From: the human T2T-CHM13v2.0 reference genome, Homo sapiens
Length of the DNA: 64,000 nt
Reading direction: 5' to 3' (one strand)
Assembly (NCBI RefSeq): GCF_009914755.1
Contig: NC_060948.1
In this document: positions 35,322 through 49,425 of the stretch, in pieces
How positions within the stretch are numbered: position 1 is the stretch's first letter
How the letters are laid out: the number at the start of each line of letters is the position of its first letter
The notes under the pieces: generated by a model
Told to the model about the DNA's origin: nothing
Seen by the model: the letters and a program-made list of their open reading frames with translations, nothing else
The model's database searches: none
Position numbers and translations under genes: made by a program

Positions 35322-38034
35322 AACACATTGTCTCATATTTTGGATACCAGATCAGTGACAACAGAATAGGGCACTGGGAAGAGTTGTGAGGCAGATTTTC
35401 CAGGCCATAGCTTCCAGATGACATTTTTCAATACATTCTAGAACAGGAGAAAACCAGTTACCTTGAAGGGAAACACCCACTCTTGGCAGAATTTATCACC
35501 TGCTGACTAAAGAGTTCTTGGGCCCTGACAGCAATATCCCAGTAGTGTGTCAGGGGCTTAGGAGAGACTCTAAAACTTACTGGCATCAGGTGAGACTCAG
35601 CACATTTTCAACTGTGGTAGATATGGCAAAAGACTCCTTCTCCTTGAAGAAAGCAGAAGGAACAATAAAGGGGGTTTTGTTTTGAACCTTAGATACTAGC
35701 TTAACCACAGCAGTTTGTGGCATGAGTGTCCTCATGACATAACCCGGGCTCTTGAACAGTGTTTGGAGACCATTCCTGGTTCAGAGAGGAGCCCACTTCC
35801 TTGAAGGGTGAGTCCCAGGCTTGGCAGCATTCATCACAGCTGAGTAAAAAGATCTTGAGCTTTAAGTGACTATTGGTTAGTGGCCTGGAAGAACATTTAT
35901 AGGCTGTGGTCTTGGTGTTCACAGGAAGACACTGCTCTGCCTGTATAAAAGGGATAAAGGAATGGGAAAAGGTTTGCCTTGTGGTTTTAGTGTCAGCTGA
36001 GTTACAATAGAGTAAAATATCATATAGATTTAAGATTTTTACTCTAATTGCTTCCAGAAAACTTCTCTGAAGCCACTTAGGGCCTTGGGGAATTTACTAC
36101 CCTAAAGGGAAAAACTTACATACCTAGCTGGATTAGCCGTATGCTGATTGTGGAGTACTAGTGCCTTAAGTGACCCTAAATGTTAGCCAGGTAATGGTTA
36201 GAGTGGGCCTTTGGTAAAAACCACTGCTGTGCTGGCTTCAAAGCTGACACATTGCAATCAAAATAGTGGATGACCACAGCTGCAGTTGTGTTAACCCCAG
36301 CTGCTGGCAGCTTAGCACTAAGAAAAACTCAGTTTGTTTGAGAAAAAGTAAAAAAGATAACAAGAGTCTCTGCCTCATAATCTAGAGAACTCTTTCATAT
36401 CTTATCTAAAACTACCAAGGTGTTACTTTCATGAGTCTACAAGATCCACAGCATTCTTGGGCTTGGGGTTCAAGTCCTTGAATACTTGGAAAGCCTTCCT
36501 AAGAAAGACAAACACAAACAAGCCCATATTGCAGAGACTACAGGAAATAGTTAGCTATTAAGACACTAAACATCCCTATGCATCAAGACCATCTAGGAAA
36601 CATGATCTCATGAATAAACTAAATAAAGTTCCAGGAACCAATCCTGGAAAAACAGAGATTTGAGACCTTTCAGACAGAGAATTCAAAATATCTCTTCTAA
36701 GCAATTGCAAATAAACCCAGGATAACAAGGAGAAGGATTACAGAATTCTATTAGATAAATTTAAATAAGAGAATAAAGTGATAAAAAGAAAAGCAGAAAT
36801 TCTAGAGTTGATAAATGCAATTAATATGCTGAAGAATGCATCAGAGTCTACTAACAATAGAATTGATACAACAGAAAAGAGAATTAGTAAACTTGAAGAT
36901 AGGCTATTTGAGAATACACAGTCACATAAGACAAAAAGAAGAAAAAAACAAGGAAGCATGCCTACAGGATCTAGAAAATGGCCTCAAAAGACAAATCTAA
37001 AGTTATTGGTCTTAAACAGGAAGTAGACAAAGAAATATGCATAGAAAATTTATTCAAAGGAAAAATAGGGAGCTTTCCAAACCCAGAGCAAGATATTAGT
37101 ATCTAAGTAAAAGCAGGTAATGGAACACGAAGCAGATTTAACTCCAAAAAGACAACATCATGGAATTTAGTAATCAAACTTCCAAAGGACTAAAATTACA
37201 AGAAAAATTCTAAAGACAGCAAGAAAAAAGAAAGAAATTGCACAAGATGAAACTCCATATATCTGTTGGCAGTCTTTTCACTGGAAATCTTGCAGACCAG
37301 GAAAAAGAGAAATGACATAGTCATAGTGCAGAAAAAAAATTAACTTCTTACTCTACAAATAGCGTATCCAGTGAAAATGTCTTCTGAGCAGGGAGAAACA
37401 GACTTTTCCAAACAAACAGAAGCTGAGGAATAACATCAAAACAACATGTATCTTAAAAGAAACATTACAGTGAGACGATTAACCTGGAAAAGGGAATATT
37501 ATTGAACAATAGGACATCACAAAAGTGAAGAAAATTTACCTGTAATAATAAGTACACAGGAAAAACACAATAGATTATCATATAACTGGGCAAATTTAAT
37601 GTGTAAACCTCTATTTAAAAGTGAAGAAAAATATTAAGATGTACAGTTTACCAGTTTTTTCTGGGGGGCTTTTTTTAAAATAAAATCAGTGTTAACTTGT
37701 CATCATTTTCATGTAAAAAATATAGTACTTGTAAGCCTGTTGGTAACTTCAAATTGAAAAACATAGAGTGAGTAACAAGAAAAATAAAATGCAGGAAACT
37801 AAATCATTATCATCAGTCTTACTTAAGAGAAGACAGAAATGAAGACAAGAAGAGAAGACCATAAATCAACCAGAAAACAAATAAGAAAATGTCAAGAATA
37901 AGTTATTACTTATTAACAAAAACAGTGAATATTAATGGATTAACTCGTCAATCAAAAAAAAAAAAAGAGAGAGAGAGTGACTGCATAGATCTAAAGAAGA
38001 AGACCCAATGATCTGTTGCCTGCAAGAAACACAC

Positions 38035-40065
38035 ACATAGTATTGGAAGTTCTGGCCAGGACAATCACACAAGAGAAAAAAATAAGAGGTATTCAAGTAG
38101 GAAGACAGAAAGACAAATTGATTTTATTTTCAGATGACATAATCCAATATCTAGAAAATCCCACTATCACAGTTCCAAAGCTTCTAAAGCTGACAAGCAA
38201 CTTCAGCAATGTATCAGAATAAAATATCAATGTGCAAAAATTGCGAGCATTCCAACACACCAACAGGCAAGTAGACAACCAAATTATGAATGAATTTCCA
38301 TTTACAGTTGCTGCAAAAGAGATAAAATGTCTACAAATATAGCTAAACCAGGAAGCAAAGGAACTCTTAAAGATAATTACAAATCTCTGCTCAAGGAAAT
38401 CAGAGAAAACACAAACCAATGGAAAAATATTCCATGTTCATGAATAAAAAGAAACAATGTCACGAAAATGGCCATACTGTCCAAAGTAATGTGTATAACA
38501 AATGTCATTCCCATTAAATTACCATTGATATTTTTACAGCATTAAAATAAAAACTATATTAAAATTCATATGAAACAAAAAAAAGCTCATATTGCCAAGA
38601 CTATCCTAAACAAAAAGAACAAAGCTGGAGGCATTACGCTTACCAACTTCAAACTATACTACAATGCTACAGTAACCAAAACAGCCTGGTACTACTACAA
38701 AAACAGACACATAAATCAATAGAACCAGAATAGAGAACTCAGAAATAAGACCATACATCTACAACAATTTGATCTTCAACAAACCTAATAAAAACATCAT
38801 TCAATGGGGAAAAATTTTCTCTTCAGTAAATGTTGATGAGAAAACTCACTAGCCATATGCAGAAAAATGAAACTGGACCCCTGTCTTATACATTATACAA
38901 AAATTAATAGAAGATGCATTAAAGATGCATATGTAAAATCCCAAAATATAAAAACTCTAGAAAAAAATCTAGGCAATATTATTGAGGACATAAGCATAGG
39001 TAATTATTTCACAACAAAAATATCAGAAGCAATTGCAACAATAGAAATAATTGACAAAGGAGATCTAATTGAACTAAATTTTTTTTTACAATAAAAGAAA
39101 CTATCATCAGAAAAAATGAGAAAGAGTAAGTTTTTACAATTTATTAATCTGACTGAGGTCTAATGTCCAGACTCTGGAAGAAACTTAAGAAATTTACAAG
39201 GAAGAAAATAAACATTCCTGTTAAAAAGTGGGCAAAGGAAATAAGCATACACTTCTCAAAAGAAAATATTTATGTAGCCACCAAACATATTTAAAAAACT
39301 CAACATCACTGAATATTAGAGAAATGCAAATCAAAACCACAGTAAGATACAATTTCACACCAGTCAGAATGGCAATTATTAAAAAGTCTGGAAGCAACAG
39401 ATGCTGGAGAAGCTGTGGATAAACTGGAATGTTTTTAAAGTGACAGTGGGAAAGAAAATTAGTTTAACCATTGTGGAAGATAATGTGGAAATTCCTCAAA
39501 GATCTAGAACCAGAAATACCATTTGATTCAGCAATCCCATTAGTGGGTACATACCTAAAGGAGTTTAAATCATCCTATTATAAAGATACATATATGTGTA
39601 TGTTTGTTGTGGCACTATTTACAATAGCAAAGACTTGGAACGAATTTAGATGCTCATCAAAGATAGACTGGATAAAGAAAATGTGGCAAACAAATGCCAT
39701 GGAATACTAGGCATCCATAAAAAAGAATGAGTTCATGTCCCTTGCAGGGACATGGATGAAGCTGGAAACCATCAGTCTCAGCAAACTAACACAGGAAGAG
39801 AAAACCAAACACTTCATGTTCTCACTCATAAGTGGGAGTTGAACAGTGAGAATATATGGGCACAGGGAGGGGAGCATCATACACCAGGTCCTGTCAGGTG
39901 TTTGGGGGACAAGGGGAGGGATACTATTAGGAGAAATACCTAAAGTAGATGATGGGTTGATGCGTGCAGGTAACCACCATGGCAAATGTATACCTATGTA
40001 ACAAAACTTAATGTTCTGCACATGTATGTCAGAACTTAAAGTGAAATTTAAATAAAAAGAAAGAA
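38035..40065 (+). mobile_element. 5'-truncated L1PA7-like element (RT region to A-tail), no TSD seen
   Basis: Starts acatagtattggaagttctggccagg; ORFs 38867, 39228 and 39471 are the ORF2 C-terminus; 3' end aggagaaatacctaaagtagatgatgggttgatg. Confidence 0.85.
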
Positions 40066-41619
40066 AGAAAGATAGATAGATCAGTATATCAAAGAGATAT
40101 TTGCATTTTTATGTTTGTTACAACACTGTTCACAAGAGCTATGATTTGAAAGCCACCTAAAGTGTCCATCAACAGATGAATGGATAAGGAAAATGTGGCA
40201 CATATACACAATGGAATACAGTGTAGCCATAGGAAAAATATTCTGTCATTTGGAACAACACAGAAAGAGCTAGAGGTCATTATGTTAAGTGAAAAGAGCC
40301 AGGTACAGAGGACATACTGCATGTTCTCACTTTTTTTGTGGAAGCTAAAAATTAAAACAATTTAATAATTTATGGCAGTAAAGTAGAAGCATGGGTACTT
40401 GAGGCTGGTGAAGATGGTGGGATATTTGGGGGGTTAGTAAGTGGGAACAAAATGTAGTTAGAGAAAATCAATTAGATCTAGTATATGATGGCACATCAGG
40501 ATGACTATAATCTGTAATGAAATAACTGTAACTTTTAAAAAAACTAAAAGTAAATTGTTTTTTTTTTTTGGAATACAAAGGATAAATGCCTGAAGAGACT
40601 GATACCTCATTTACTTTGATTTCATTATTATATATTTTATGTCTGTATTAATGCAGCTCATGTAATCTATAGATGCACCTCCTGTTGACTCACAATTATA
40701 AATAAAAAATTAAAAATATATAGTACTAATTTTTCTGTATTCATTTTGTATCCTGCACCCTTTCTAAAATTTTTCATGCATTCTAGTTTTTTTTGCAGTT
40801 TATTATATTTTTGTAAATATAAAATGTTATCTGCAGATAAGCATAATTTGACTATTTGATTTTGACTTTAGGTACTCTTTATTTCTCTTGTTTACCTATG
40901 CTGCCTAAGACTTCCAATATTATGTTGAATAAAAGCGGTAAAAATTGTTATTCTTGTCTCATTTCATAACTTAGGCAAATGATTTTTATGTTTTTCTTTT
41001 TTCAATATGATGATAGCTATGAATTAGTCTAATACAGCCTTTAATAAAGTTTTTTGAGATATTTTCTGTTTATTTCTAGTTTGTTGAGAGTTTTTACTGT
41101 TAAGAATTGTTGAATTTTATGGAATACTTTACTGGCATCTATTGAATTCATTATATGCTTATTGTCTTTTGTTCTGTTAATCTGATACATTACAATTATT
41201 TATTTCTGTATGTTGAACCATCTAGGCATTTTGTGAATAAAAACTTCTTGGCTATACTACTTTCATTGTGTTGTTGAATTCAGTTTTTTGTTACCTGTTA
41301 AAAAATTTGGGGAGGATATTTGCATTTATGTTTGTCAAAGGTATTGATCTACATTTTTGTTTTGTTTTAGAGTTTGTTGTATGTTACCTGCCTTATCTAT
41401 CACCATTAATGATGGCCTTGTAGAAAGAGCTTGGAAGTATTCTTTTTTCCTTAAATTTTTAGAATAGTCTGAATATCATTCATATTAGTTACTCACTCAA
41501 TATTTGGTATTAATAAAATTTATCTGTAAAGACATCTCATTCTGGAATTTTCTTTTATGAGACATTTTATTAATGTTTCTATTTTATTATTAGTTATGAG
41601 TCTATTCGAATTTTCTATT

Positions 41620-43882
41620 TTTTTAACTTTTATTTTGGGTTTGGATGTACATGTGCAGATTTGTTATATAGAAAAACTCATGTCATACAGGTTTGTTGCA
41701 CTGATTATTTGGTCACCAAAGTACTAAGCCTCGTACCCAAAAGTTATTTTTTTCTTGTCCTCTCTGTCTTCTCAACTTCCACCCTCAAGAAGGTACCAGT
41801 GTTTGTTGTTCCCTTCTTTGTTTTCATGATTTCTGATTATTCAGCTTCCACTTGTAAGTCAGAACATTTGGTATTCAATTTTATGAATACCACATGTATT
41901 TGTTTGCTCTCCATTTGTTTGCTAAGAATAATGGAATCCAGCACCATCTATGGTTTCACAAAAATCCTGATCTTATTCTTATAATAACTGCATAGTATTT
42001 CATGGTGGATACATATCATGTTTTCTTTATGCATTCTGTCATTGATGGGCATTTATGTTGATTCCATGTATTTGCTATTGTGAATAATGCTGCAATGAAC
42101 ACTTGTGTGCATGTGTCTTTATGGCATGACAGTTTGGATTCATCTGTTCATATACCCAGTAATGAGATTGCTGAGTTGAGTAATAGCTCCACTTTTAGCT
42201 CTTTGAGAAATCTTTCCACTAGTTTACACTCTCACTAATAGTCTGTAGGTGTTCCCTTTTCTCTGCAAACTTGCCAGTGGTCTGTTATTTTTGAACTTTT
42301 TAATAACAGCCACTCGGGCTGGTCTAAGATAGTATTTCAATGTGGTTTTAATTTACGTCTCTAATGATCAGTGATATTGAGCTTTTAAAAATATGCTTAT
42401 GGGCTGCAGGTATATTTTCCTCTCCCTTCTCCTTTGCTCCCCACACTTCCTCTCCACTTCTTTTCTTTCATGTATTTTTTTCTTAAACATGTTCTCACTG
42501 TCTCACCTTTGTTGCAGGACAGTGATATGATATTGGCTTACTGCAACCTCTACCTTCTAGGCTCAAGCAGTTTTCCTATGTCAGCCTCCCTAGTAGTTGG
42601 GGCTTACAGGCATGCATCACCACATGTAGTTAATTTTCCCCCCATAGAGATGGAATTTCACGCTTGTTTTTCATGATGGTCTCAAACTCCTGGGCTCATT
42701 CAATCAACCCACTTCCACGTCCCCATGCCGGGATTACAAGCATGAGCCACTTCACCAAGCCAGGTATGTTTTCTTTAGAAAAGTATCTGTTCATGTTCTT
42801 TGACTACTATTTAATAGATTTGTTTGTCTTTTTCTTGTAAATGTGTTTAAATTCCTTGTTGATTATAGATACTAGACCTTTGTCAGATGCATAATTTGCA
42901 AAAATTTTGTCTCTTTTTTAGGTTGTGTGTTTACTTATTTGACAGTTTCTTTTTTGGTATGCAGAAGCTCTTTAGTTGAATCTTATTGTCAATTTTTGCT
43001 TCCATTGCAATTGCTTTTGACAATATGATTGTATATCTAAAACTTCATAATCTTAGTCTAGAAGCTTTTGCATGTGATAAACAACTTCAGTAAATTTTCA
43101 GGATACAAAATCAATCACAAAAATTATGAGCTTAACTATACATTAACAGCAGCCAAGCTGACAGCCAAATTAGAAATACAATCCCATTCACACTTTCCAC
43201 AAAGGGAATAAAATACCAAGGAATACAGCTAACCCAGGAAGTAAAATATCTTTACACTGAGACTTACAAAACATTGTTCTATGAAATCAGAGATAAAACC
43301 AACAAATGGTAAAGGATTTCATGCTCAGGGATAGAATTAATATTATTAAAATGCCCATTCTGCCCAAAGCAATTTATATATCCAATCCTATTTCTACCAA
43401 ACTACCAAATGACATTCTTCATAGAACTTAAAAAAATAACTAATTTAAAATTTATACACAACCAAAAGTACATTTTCATAGCCAAGGAAATCCTAAGCAA
43501 AAGCAAAAAGGCTGGAGGGATCATGCTACTCAACTTCATACAGTTACCAAGATAGCATGGTACTGGTACGAAACCAGACACACCAACCTAAGGAACAAAA
43601 TAGAGACCACAGAAGTAAGCCCAGACAACTACAACAATCTGATTATTGACAGAGCTGACAAAAAAAAAAAAAATGAAGAAAGGACTCCTTATTCAACAAA
43701 AGGTGCTGAAATAACTGGCTAGCCAATAAAAATGATTGAAACTAGACTCCTTCTTTATATCACATACAAAAATCAGCTAGACAGATTAAAGACTTATATA
43801 AAACCCCAAACTATAAAACTCAGCAACACAATCTAGACAATGCCATCCTAAACATAAGAAGGGGGAAAAATATGACAAAGTG
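41620..43882 (-). mobile_element. L1PA13-15-like insertion with 5' inversion (minus 41620-43020, plus 43021-43882)
   Basis: T-tail and antisense 3'UTR, orientation flip at ~43020, TSD TTTCTATT at 41612-41619 and 43883-43890. Confidence 0.85.
42420..42761 (-). mobile_element. AluJ-like element with pyrimidine-rich tail
   Basis: ggctcaagcag, ctcaaactcctgggctca (J diagnostics); TSD aggtatattttc / aggtatgttttc. Confidence 0.85.
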
Positions 43883-44583
43883 TTTCTATTCCTTCATGGT
43901 TCAACATTGGTAAAGTGTGTATTTCTTGAAACTTATGTATTTCTTCTAGATTTTTCCACTAAATGGCATATAGTTAGTATGAATCAATTTTTTTTGAATT
44001 TCTGTAGTATCAACCTTAACATCTTTTTTTACTATGATATTTTTTCTGGCTTTTGCTTAGTTCACTTAAAGTTTTGCCAATTTTAATTTTCTTTTCAGAA
44101 ACCAAGTTTTTATTTCATTTGTCATTTGCATTTTTTACTTTCATTAATTTATCTTCTGATTATTACCATTTAATTTTTTATCCAAATTTTTGTTTAATTT
44201 GCTTTTTATTTTTTAGTTATTTTAGACGTATTTTTAAGCTATTTCTTTGAAGACTTTCCACTTTTAAAATTTAGAAGTTTGTTGCTATAAACTTTTCTCT
44301 TACTACTGCTTTCACTGTATTCCCATTAGTTTTGATATGTTGTATTTTAATTTTCATTGGTCTTAAACAATTTTTAAACTTTCTTAAAGATCCAATTGTC
44401 ATTCAGAAGCAAGTTTTGAAATTTCCGTTTGTTTTTGTAATTTGCAAAGTTTTTCTTGTTTATAATTTTTAGTTTTCATTGTGATTAGAAAAGATGGTTG
44501 ATATAATTTTAGTGATTTTTAAATTTTTGGACTTGCTTCATGTAATGACCTATAATTTCTTTTTAAAAGAATTGCTGAAGAGG

Positions 44584-45820
44584 TATATTAGCTCATTCTC
44601 ATGTTGCTATAAGAAGTATCTTAGACTGAAAAATTTATAAAGAGGTGTAATTACACAGTTACACAGGGCATATAGGAGGCATGGCTGGGCAGGTCTCAGG
44701 TAACTTACAAACATGACTGAAGGTAAAAAGCAAACAGGTACAATGTTCACAAGGCAAAGCAGGAGAAAGATAAAGTGAAGTCAAAGGTGCTACACACTTT
44801 CAATCAAGGAGATCGTCTGAGAACTATCATGAGATCAACAAGGGGAAAGTCCACCCCCATGAGCCAGTCACCTCTTCCCAGGTCCCTTTCCCAACACTGG
44901 GGATTAAAATTTGACATCAGATTTTGGTAGGCACATAGAGCCAAATTATATTATTTCAACCTGGCCCTTCTTAAATCTCATGTCCTTCTTACATTTCAAT
45001 ACACATTCATGCCTTCCCAACAGTGCCCCAAAGTCTTAACTCATTTCAGTATTAACCCAAAAGTTCAACTCCAAAGTCTTATCTGAGGCCAAGCAAATCC
45101 CTTCTGTCTATGAGCCTATAAAATAACATAAATAAATAGTTATTTCAAAGATACAATCATGGTACAGGCATTGGGTAAATGCTCCTATTCCAAAAGACAC
45201 AAATTAACCAAAACAAAAAGCTACAGGCCCCTTGCAGTCTGAAAACTGGCAGGACAGACTCTAAATTTTAATGTTCCAGAGTAAACTTCTTTCACTTTAT
45301 GTCTCACATCTGGCTACATTGACACAAGGGGTGGATCTCAAGGTATAGTCACCACTGCTATTTAACAGGCTGGCATTGTGTCCTTACAGTTTTCTCAAGT
45401 TGCATGCTCTCAGTGGAACTTCAATTCGGGGGCCTGGGTGATGATGACCCTTTCTTTATAACTTCACTAGGCAGTGCTCTAGTAAGTCCTCTGTGCGAGG
45501 CATCCAACCCCACATTTCCCCTACAGAATGTGCTAGTAGAGGTCCTCCGTGTGGGCGCTGCCTTGCAGCAGACTTCTGTATGGATATTCAGGCATTTCTT
45601 TACAGTCTCTCAAACCTAGTTGAGGCTCCCAATCTCAACTCTTGCCTTCTGCACACCTGCAGGCCCGACACTATGGGGACACTGTAAAGGTTCTAGGCTT
45701 TCACATGCTGAAGCAAAGGCCCAAACTGTACCATGACCCATTTTATTTATAGCTGGAGCTGCAGCAGAGGGGAAACAGCATCATGTCCCAAGGCTGGACA
45801 GGATTGCAAAGCCTGGGACA
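44584..45820 (-). mobile_element. MSTA LTR (44584-44953) plus adjoining truncated internal sequence
   Basis: aggaggcatggctgggcaggtctcagg..cttaca, gtgctacacactttcaa; internal cccaaagtcttaactcatttcagtattaaccc. Confidence 0.85.
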
Positions 45821-46415
45821 TGGAAAGTTCTCTGTCATTTCTTTGAATATATTTTTACCCTGATATCTTTCTAGACCTCCTCTTTAAATCCACTAAATAA
45901 ATTTTTCCATTTTGTAGTTATTTTATAAGTCTTACATATGTACCTGATTTTTTCTTATTTTCTTTTATGGTGTATTTTCATATAGCATGTCTTCAACCTC
46001 ACTAGTATGTTTTCTTTTTCTGCCTACTTAACTCTGCCATTGAGACACTCTGACACAATTCTTACTCAAGATCAATTTTCAGCTCCAGAATTCTTGCTTA
46101 ATTTTTCAATTTAAATCTTTGTTTAATTTTTTGAATAGAGTTCTGAATTCCTTCTCTGTTTCACTGAAATTCATTGAGATTTTTTGTTTTTTTAAACAGC
46201 CATTTGGTTTTATTGTCATAGTGGTCACATATATCCATCCCTTCAGGATTGGTTCCCAGTGTCTTATTTAGCCTATTTGGTGAGATCATATGTTCCTGGA
46301 TGTTGTTGATGCTTATGGAGATTTATTGATGTCTGTACATGAAGGAGTTGGGTATTTTTTCTAATACTTGCAGTCTAATCTTGTCTATATTAATATGTGT
46401 TGAGTGAGATTTTCA
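45821..46415 (-). mobile_element. L1MA/L1M ORF1 fragment
   Basis: tggaaagttctctgtcatt, cagctccagaatt, gttctgaattccttctctgt; reverse complement resembles the ORF1 at 36700-37100. Confidence 0.7.
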
Positions 46416-46429
46416 AAGAAATGAAAAGA

Positions 46430-49425
46430 AGAGTGCAAAGATGGCTGACTAGAAGTAGCTAAAGTGCATTGCCCTCACAGAGAAGAGACAGAATGGTAAG
46501 AAAATACTAGCTCTTCAGGACATGTTGGGATTTACTAATGAAGTGATGTAATTCTTGGAGAATAGAGTAGAATAAGAGAGGAGAGCCACCTTCCCAGGAC
46601 TGGTATTGAGCCAAGGGAGGAACTCCACCATGAAAAAATGCTGAGTGGGAGCTTCCAGAAACCTGTATTTCTTCTATTAACCTTTGCAACCCAGGGCACA
46701 AGAGATCACTGCATCATATTCTCCCTCTGGAACCTCCTGACTGACATGGCCTTGGGACACTGAGCATTCAGTGCCAGTGGCTTTAGCTTTGCCAACAAGA
46801 GAGGACATGCTCTCTCATGTGCTCACAGGAGGGGGTCCAAATCTATAGTTCTGAGGAGTGGATGGACTATAGGCTTCATTACCCTTACCCTTTGCCCGGG
46901 AAAGCCCACTGGCCAGGGACTTTTCCATAGCCACCACAGCCCCACCCAAACACTTTGGCCAATAGTACCATTATGCCTTTCTTTGAGTTGGAGCTACCAG
47001 ATGTAAAAGGGAGGCCTAACATTCTTCCTGAAGCTACAGCCTCTATAGCTCTCATGATTTAAAGGAAGTGAAGAGTTCAAGGACTATTATGAGCCTTCAG
47101 CAAAATGCAGCTGCCTTATGGAAAATGGGCTGTATTGTTTCCCATACAGGTCCCTGATCCTACCATTCTTCACTAGGTGGGGCCTTCTAAACTGTGTCCC
47201 AAACACAGTCATCCCACTCTTACCTGAGTTTTCAGGGTAGCAGCATATTTGTGTTCTCCTGGTATAAAGCACCAAGTGGTAACAGGCAGGCTTGCTATTG
47301 TTGCCACTCCATGGCCCCCACTCTTATTGCCCTTTATTCAGGAGAAAGCAAAGAGGTTAGAGACTATCATGGGCCTCCTGCATGGTGCAGCCTGCATTAT
47401 AGAAAAGGAGCCAGACAGTTTCCTATGTGGGTCTATGCTCTTGTAACTTCTTACTGGACAAGACCTTTCAACCTGTACCTCTAGTACAGATACCCTGTCC
47501 CAATTTTATCACTTTAGTTAGTGGTAGCTCTGCATTTCTCTGGAAAAAAAAAATCTCAGAGACAACATGCAGTTCCATTGCCATTACAGCTGCAGTAATA
47601 CTATCCTTATTGCCCTTGGGATGAGGAGAAAACAAGGAATCTGACCACTGTTTAGGCACCTCCAGCGTGTCACAGCTGCCATATAGAGCAAAGCTCAGGC
47701 TCTTTATTCCGTGAGCTTCCACTCATACTCTTCATCAGACAGATCCCCAGGCACTTCCACAGTGTAGCTGTCCCAACCCTGGTTGAATATTCTCACTGGG
47801 AGAAGGTCTGTGTTTATCTAGTGTGGAGCTTCAAGAGGAAACTGGCAGCTCCTCTGCCACTGCCACTGCAGTGGTACTCCCTTGCTACCATAGGCCTGGG
47901 GAAGGAACAGAGACCTTGAGTGTTTTTCATGTACCTCCAGAACACTACAGTTAAAAAAATGAAGTAGAGCCCAGTTTCTCATTTCTGCAAGCCCCCAACC
48001 CCTTCTCTTTCCCAGCCAGGACTCTCAACTTCAGCCCATAGTGCAGCTGCCACAATCCCACCTACATCTCCATGGATAATAGCTCTAATTTCTTTGGGGT
48101 GAAACTCCTGAAAGCAATTAAAGTCCTCTTGACCACTGCAGCAGTCCTGCCCATGCTACCCTTCAAACTGAAATAGAATAAAGATCCTGACCGCTTTGTT
48201 CACACATCAACCAAGCCACAGCAACCCAATGGAGAAGAGGCTAATCTGTCTTCCCTATGAGCCTCCAACCTCCTTGCTAATCACCAGGCAAGACCCCATA
48301 GCTCAGGGCCAAAACACAATCTCCTCCCGAGTTGATCATTTTGATTGGCAGTGTTCTGTGTTTCTCTGGCATGGAGTGACAAAAGACAAGTGAAAATTCC
48401 TCAGCCACTGCTACTATCAAGGTCCATGACCCTATTTCTCTCAAGCTAAAGGGGGAAGAAAAAAGCCTGAGGTCACCTAAAGGCTGTGTTGCACATCCCA
48501 GGAGTGCCAAGCCAAGATCTGCAGTCAGCATGTAATATTGTTTGGCTCTGTGTCCCCACCCAAATCTCCCCTTGAATTGTAATAATCCCCATGTGTCAAG
48601 AGTGGGACTAGGTGGATATAATTGAATCTTGGTGTGGTTTTCCCCATACCATTCTCATGAGAGTCAGTGAGTTCTTGCAAGATCTAATGGTTTTATAAGG
48701 AGTTTCCCATTTGCTTGATTCTCTTTCTCCCTCTTGCCTGCCATCATGTAAGATGTGTCTTTACTTCTCCTTGGCCATCTGCCATGATTGTGAGGCCTGC
48801 CAGCCATTTGAAACTGTGAGTCCATTAAAACTCTTTTTCTTTATAAAGTACTCAGTTTCAGGCATATCTTCATTAGCAGGATGATAACAGACTAATACAG
48901 CATGTGAGTGGGAGGGAAGCCCTCATTCTCAGATGACCAGGAGGAAACATAACTGTAAATGTGATGAAATACATAGGTGCTTCATGGATGAGAAAGAGCC
49001 TACCTCTCAGTCATTATAATTAAGCACCTTCTACTGGATCAGACCCAAAAATCAACACTAAAAATATTTTGTTGACATACCTACTTTGAAAAGAAGGACA
49101 AGTATTCAGCCACAATTAAAGACCTTGCAGAAAGCCTTGGCCCTCTGAAAACACCCAGAAACAAATTCAATAGACTATGCTAAAATTATTCCACAGCTAA
49201 ATAAACTACAGCCCACACAGATGAGAAAGAACCAGTGCCAGAATGCTAGCAACTTTAAATGCTACAGTATCTGTTTTCCTTCAAATGACTGCACATACTC
49301 CGCAGTAGTATTACTTAACCAGAGGGAAATGGCTAAAATGACAAACATAAAATTCAGACTCTGGATGAAAATGAAGATTATTGAGATTTAGGAGAAAATT
49401 TAAACCCATTTCAAAGAAACTTAGG
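46430..49425 (+). mobile_element. 5' end of an old L1PA13-17-like element: long repetitive 5'UTR and ORF1 start
   Basis: aagatggctgactagaag (YY1-site-type L1 5' terminus); ORF1 start cagatgagaaagaaccagtgc..aaccagagggaaatggctaaaatgaca. Confidence 0.75.
48533..48899 (+). mobile_element. THE1C/D-like solo LTR
   Basis: tttggctctgtgtccccacccaaatctc..gaattgtaataatcccc; ends gactaataca; 5-bp TSD GCATG (48528-48532 and 48900-48904). Confidence 0.9.

Larger units (their letters stand above)
40720..44580 (-). mobile_element. Old L1M ORF2 fragment, host of the inverted L1PA
   Basis: Antisense ORF2 motifs (ttatctgcagataag, tgtatgttgaaccatc, gttgctataaacttttctctta); continuous across the 41620-43882 insertion. 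Confidence 0.75.
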
